Shown in pieces: positions 59,101-64,000 of a DNA stretch of 64,000 nucleotides. Position numbers and translations under genes: made by a program. Below the pieces are notes generated by a model that did no database searches, was not told the DNA's origin, and saw nothing but the letters and a program-made list of their open reading frames with translations. The stretch covers positions 24,388,534-24,452,533 of the forward strand of contig CM120644.1 in NCBI GenBank assembly GCA_051362555.1. Reading direction: 5' to 3'. The DNA is from Lingula anatina. Its lineage: Eukaryota; Animalia; Brachiopoda. Positions within the stretch are counted from its first letter, which is position 1; each line of letters begins with the position of its first letter.

Positions 59101-60003
59101 GGAATGTTTGAATAACTGAGTACCGCCCTGTAAACGTACATGGTTAAGTACTCTATGCGTGCCCTATGTGTAGCTTTTTAAAGCCCACACTTAGCTCAGT
59201 GACATGCGGCACTACTTTTTCTTCAATATTCTGTACTTTGTAGAACAGATATAATATTATGTTGCATGTACTTATGGCTTTCAATTAGATTGGAGGAAGG
59301 CACTACTGTTTTCTTTTAAAAAAATAGTAAAAGGTAAGACTGATCATATGCCCTTCATACCGACGCAGCCTGTAGCAGTCCTTTTGTACCCAGGTTTGCA
59401 AACGCATCTTCCATTTTGAGGTGACCAAGATCCGTCAAAAGAGCAAACTCGCTGCAAAGGCGGGTCGGAAGGATGCGAACCACTTATACAGGACCCTTGC
59501 ACTGGCGAAGAAGATGGGAATGATTTGGGGAATGATACAATCACTCCTTGTATAGGCATGCAAATGAAATATGCAACGGATACGAACAGGCCTTGAGTAC
59601 AACTTCCCGGGTCACGAAGAGCAATCCGTATTTGGTCTGTCACGGAACCTTGTGCACGAGCGGCGGTGACGTTGTACACGACGTCGACGCTGTCAGGGGC
59701 GCCCGGAGAACGGAGCTGGATATCTTGAATAAAGTTGACTGCGTCTAGACTGGATGCGTTGGTAGAGTTTGTACCTGGCGGGAAATACCCTGCATACAAC
59801 TGAATGTAATTCTTGCATTCATCCAAGCTGTATTGTGTATAGTTGCAGGCGTGCATAAGGAAAGATACACGGATGCGCAATGGTAATAATGCACCCAAAG
59901 GAAGTTCTGGCGGCAGGGGGATAGGGGGCGACACAAGCCAGTTTTCCTGCCCAGACTCTAGAGTGCACGTTTGGAAGACACTCAGGACTTGTACCTTTTG
60001 CCA
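55832..60003 (-). CDS. Eph ligand-binding-like domain, Cys-rich region, EGF x4, PLAT/LH2 protein (5' exons not identified)
   Basis: Exons 60003-59361, 58888-58775, 58606-58493, 58137-58030, 57156-57028, 56675-56531, 56320-56212, 55939-55832; GT-AG, phases consistent, 489 aa then TGA. Motifs FQTC..QENWLVSPPI, CKNYIQLY, IALRDPGSC; YTVSVKT...AGTDERV...FESG..D...W.L.QVTV. Confidence 0.85.
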
Positions 60004-61160
60004 CTGGAAAAAAATAAAATTATGACACCATTAAACGACCAAACACCCAAACTACTGTATGACATGAACTAGTAACCCAACAATTATCAATCAATTAACT
60101 GATTACCATTTACATGTAACATAAACCATTTTTCCAATTTAATCAACATCCTTAATTACTGCATGAAGTTAATAAGACGAACTGGTAGAAGTATTGACTT
60201 CTTAATTAAATTGATAAAGACATACATGTACATGTATGATGCTGTCGACAAGATTTACTTTTAATAGGGGATGTACTGTGACAGCGTTTGGAAAAAATTG
60301 CGTTGTGCAGTGTACTAGTGCATGTTATAACGATACAACATGAATGTAAACATGATTATTCATATAACTCTCTTGTTGCATTGTTCCTGGATACCGCAAA
60401 AAATCGATTTTCAGCTGTTTAGAAACGGACATCTGCGTCCTCCACGATGCGACGCCATTATATTGCCGAGAAGCGTTCACGAACGTCTCTCCTGTGAAGC
60501 TTACTGCCAGAACGCGATGTGAAACTTATGTTCTTTCCTTTCCCGTCGTTTCTAATGCACTGAGACCTGATGTATTATGAACGAGGGGAAAGGAGCGAAC
60601 ATAAGTTTCATAAGGTCCAATAGAGGTAATACGCACTTCCGCTCCCCCCCCCCCCCCCACACACACACACACACACACAAACACACGCACCTCATTCAGC
60701 GAATCATCTGGCAGCCAAAAGCCTAGATTATTGCCTGTTTGGATTCTTCCGCATCAAAATCTGCCAGTTATTAATATTTTCTGTGGTGTCCCATATATGG
60801 AGATTCAGGGGATGCAGTTCGCAGATACCCATATTACATGAAGATAGAGGCAAACGCGCTTCCGCTCACCCCCCCCCTCATTTTAATAAATGAATCGCGT
60901 GGCTTTCAAAAGCCTAAATGAGTACCTGTTTGGATTCATCTGAGTCAGAATCGACTTGTAAAACCTGCCACTCATCCATATTTTCATTGGTGTCCCATAT
61001 TTGCTCTGGAAATATCGTAAAAGATGTAGAGAACACATTACTACCCCAGGAGATGGAATGTTTATTAAAATAATACAGCTGAAAATAATACCGGAAGGTG
61101 TTTTACGAAGTCAACAGTGCCACTTGAAAGAGGATGGTATTTTACTCACATGAATGTTTA

Positions 61161-61293
61161 GGGGGTGGAAATCCCAAGACGGACGTATGTACGCTTAATA
61201 TGACATTATGCTGAATGTGCTGTGTGTGAAAGAGACAAAATACCACGGTTATCAATGAACTCATCGTACATCCGTCTTGGGAGCTCACTCCCC
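61161..61293. mobile_element. Small MITE with TTA TSD
   Basis: Imperfect TIR GGGG.TG...TCCCAAGACGGA(..)TGTACG; TTA on both sides. Confidence 0.65.
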
Positions 61294-61300
61294 TTATGTA

Positions 61301-61835
61301 CGAGGGTTGATTGATAAGTAGTGAGCCTCATATAGAAGGGGTACACATTTTACAAGTATTTTTCTTTATTTTTCAACATACTCTCTTTGAGTATCTATAC
61401 ACTTTTGCCAGTGAGTTTTGAGAGACTCTATGCCACTTTAATAGAAGCCCTTCTCTTGGCCGTTCAGAAACCCCTCCACTTCACGTATGATGTCATCATC
61501 TAACACAAAGTGAGAACCTGAAATGGCCTTTTTCAATTTGGGTAATAGATAATAGTCAGAGGGAGCAAGATCAGGAGAATAAGGTGGATGTTCTATAAGT
61601 TTAAACCACACTCGTTGATTGCAGCCATGGGAATGATAGACTTGTGAGCAGGGGCATTTCGCAAAAGTCACTTGCCTTGCTTATTTGAGAGTGCTACCTC
61701 GTCGACATAAACTTATCAAATGATACCAAACTTCGGCTACACACCTTTAAATAGTCAGGGAATAGAAGGGCTGAAAAAGGATATCCCTGCTTAACCCCTT
61801 CCACACGAGGCTCACTACTTATCAATCAACCCTCG
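61301..61835 (-). mobile_element. Internally deleted mariner element
   Basis: Perfect 29-bp TIR CGAGGGTTGATTGATAAGTAGTGAGCCTC, TA TSD, transposase remnant HPPYSPDLAPSDY. Confidence 0.95.
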
Positions 61836-64000
61836 TATGGTATTTGAAATAACCACAAGAACAAAAAGTTCATATACTTATAAATTGTTATTTTTAAAAA
61901 ATGCAATGTAGAGATATGATGCGAATATGCATGTATATTTTTAATTTACACGGAGTGCAGGTACATGTAATTCTACCACAGTGTATTTTACTTTTGAAAG
62001 GCATTCTGTCTTTAAAAATCCAGAGAGCTTATCGTCTAAAACGCTTCTTTGTAACAGTACCCTGAAGATATATTTTAGTGTGTTGTGACGTCACACTGTA
62101 ACGTCGACGTCACTAGGTTCTTACCCACATATGCTAAGGCTCTTGTCACGTAAATCAGTACAATCAGCAGACCCCAACAGCGATCCATGACGGTGCTAAT
62201 ATAAAACAAAATAAAATAAAACATAAACAAGAACATAAATGTTGGATCATAAATCTTGTGCAGAATATGAATATTCTTGGATTGCCAAATTGACGAGTAT
62301 TCTACGCAGTTTTTGCATCGACCTCCTTGATTTCAGGTACTGTTCCAATGTAGATTATTTATTGTCAAGTACTTATCAATCTTCTGCCACTAATTTGTTG
62401 CCGAACCTAGTTTTAACTAGTCTTAAAAGAGATATCTTATTGTTACATTCACACTCTACTCCGTATGAACCAGAATACAAGGTACGCGAATGGGGAGTGG
62501 TGGAATTGGAAGAACTACATACTGAGATTAGAATACGGTATATTGGTCATAACTGTGCTGGGTTGACCGGGGCTTTTCAACCCTCAAACAAAACTTACCG
62601 CAACGCTTTACTTGACATCTATTGTATTTTGTGATCCTTCATGTTTGACATGTTCAGTTCATTTTGAATTATGGTTAAGATTTTTTCTTTTGTTTTGTTT
62701 TTAATAAAAAAAAATCTTTGTGCTAGAAAATTACCATCTGATAATAGTAAAACTGATGCGTGATGACCTCAAGATTAAAAGAATTATTTTATTATTATTA
62801 TTATTATTATCAATATGTTTATTATGATTATTTGTTAGACAGTCCTTATTCAGTTCAGAGGTACCCGGATCTGGGGGATAGAGCTCAGAGGTACCCGGAT
62901 ACAGGGAGTGGAGTTCAGACGAACCCGGATTCAATAAAGGCAGCACGCGCTTCCGCACACCCCTCCTAATTACCATTTACTGGATGAATTCAGAACATCC
63001 CAAGTTAAGCAAGGAAAATTTTGCCTGCTTTCCTCACCCGTCTATCTTGGATAGATTGAACAACTAACCTGACTGTTATTAGAGATTTGAAAATTGTTGA
63101 CCCGAAATAACGATGATGTCGCTAACATAGAGCTGAACTTAATGATATAGATGTTTTATACAAAATGAGTTCATGATACGAATTCACGATGGCACTAATA
63201 ATAATAATAACAATCGTCTTTATATCGGAAGTGTAATTATCGCGGAAATGACACAATCGTTCCTAAAATTACTTGTTGCATGTTGGGAATCGACGACACA
63301 AAGCAAATTCCGTGCCACAGCTCAGTGCCCTTGAGTAATTGCTTTCCTTGCATTACGGCCAGTGCTTCAGTTACCCAAGTACACATGTCCTGTAAAACTA
63401 CACACTGAGCAATGCTTGATCTCAGGAGTTAACGGGAGTAGACCCACACAGCATATACAGTATATAACCATTCATAAGAAAATATGTCATCGCATTTACT
63501 CCATGTCATCACGAATAAATCATAAGGGATGTTCTTATTTTCTTTCAAAAGAAAGCGAATGCGTCGCTTTATTTTCGTTATATGGCCTGAATACATATTT
63601 TTTTCTTTCCTTTTGCTTCGTTTCTTCTTTCTTTTTTAGGATGGGGGGGGGGGAGAAAGCGGTATGTCAGTAGGTACATGTAAGAACGGGTTCGTGTAAC
63701 TGTGGCCCCCCTCCCCCCTCCCAAACATGCCATTGCTGTATTTGGAGAGAAAAAGAATGGATATCGGAATTCGACACTGCACACCGAGGCCTATATACAT
63801 AGTCTGTGAAATAGTGGTTGTACGTGGCAGTGACATCTGCTTTTTTGTTGTAGATAATTGAAACATAGTAAGTGCATTGTTTGATGTGTTTACAAGCGAA
63901 TGCAGATATAGTTTTTAAGGAATTACGGGAAAGGGTAAATCACGTTTTTGATTATTATATCTTGCCAGTTTGTTAGTTATAGTAAGTTATACAGTGACCC

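Noticed and set aside
61150-61193. Upstream exon of the Eph-like gene (YIRPSWDFHPLNIH, phase-compatible)
   Set aside because: Lies mostly within the TIR of a MITE and has a weak acceptor; needs RNA evidence.

Overview
AT-rich, intron-containing animal DNA, probably from a marine invertebrate or lophotrochozoan (inferred from gene and transposon content). The centre is an inverted, head-to-head duplicated immune locus. Copy B (+, 34545-49514) splices with canonical GT-AG sites and consistent phases into a 12-exon, 1541-aa ORF: DZIP3-type HEPN, coiled coil, CARD, truncated NACHT with an LRR remnant, BIR x3, UBA, RING. That is an NLR fused upstream of a complete IAP. Copy A (-, 13352-18016) lost most of the NLR part through a 3.2-kb deletion plus stop codons. 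It retains a 593-aa BIR x3-UBA-RING frame and lies between two near-identical ~650-bp inverted repeats. Two Ty3/gypsy elements with intact gag and pol are inserted in copy B, one upstream and one intronic, and both empty sites are visible in copy A. At the right end is a minus-strand gene with Eph ligand-binding domain, Cys-rich region, 4 EGF and PLAT, but no TM or kinase, plus a frameshifted multi-TM (possibly gustatory-receptor-like) sequence. The rest is transposon debris: Tc1, mariner, PIF/Harbinger MITEs, a Kolobok-like element, a gypsy remnant and a Penelope-type hammerhead ribozyme. All domain calls are by-eye motif recognition; no searches were run.
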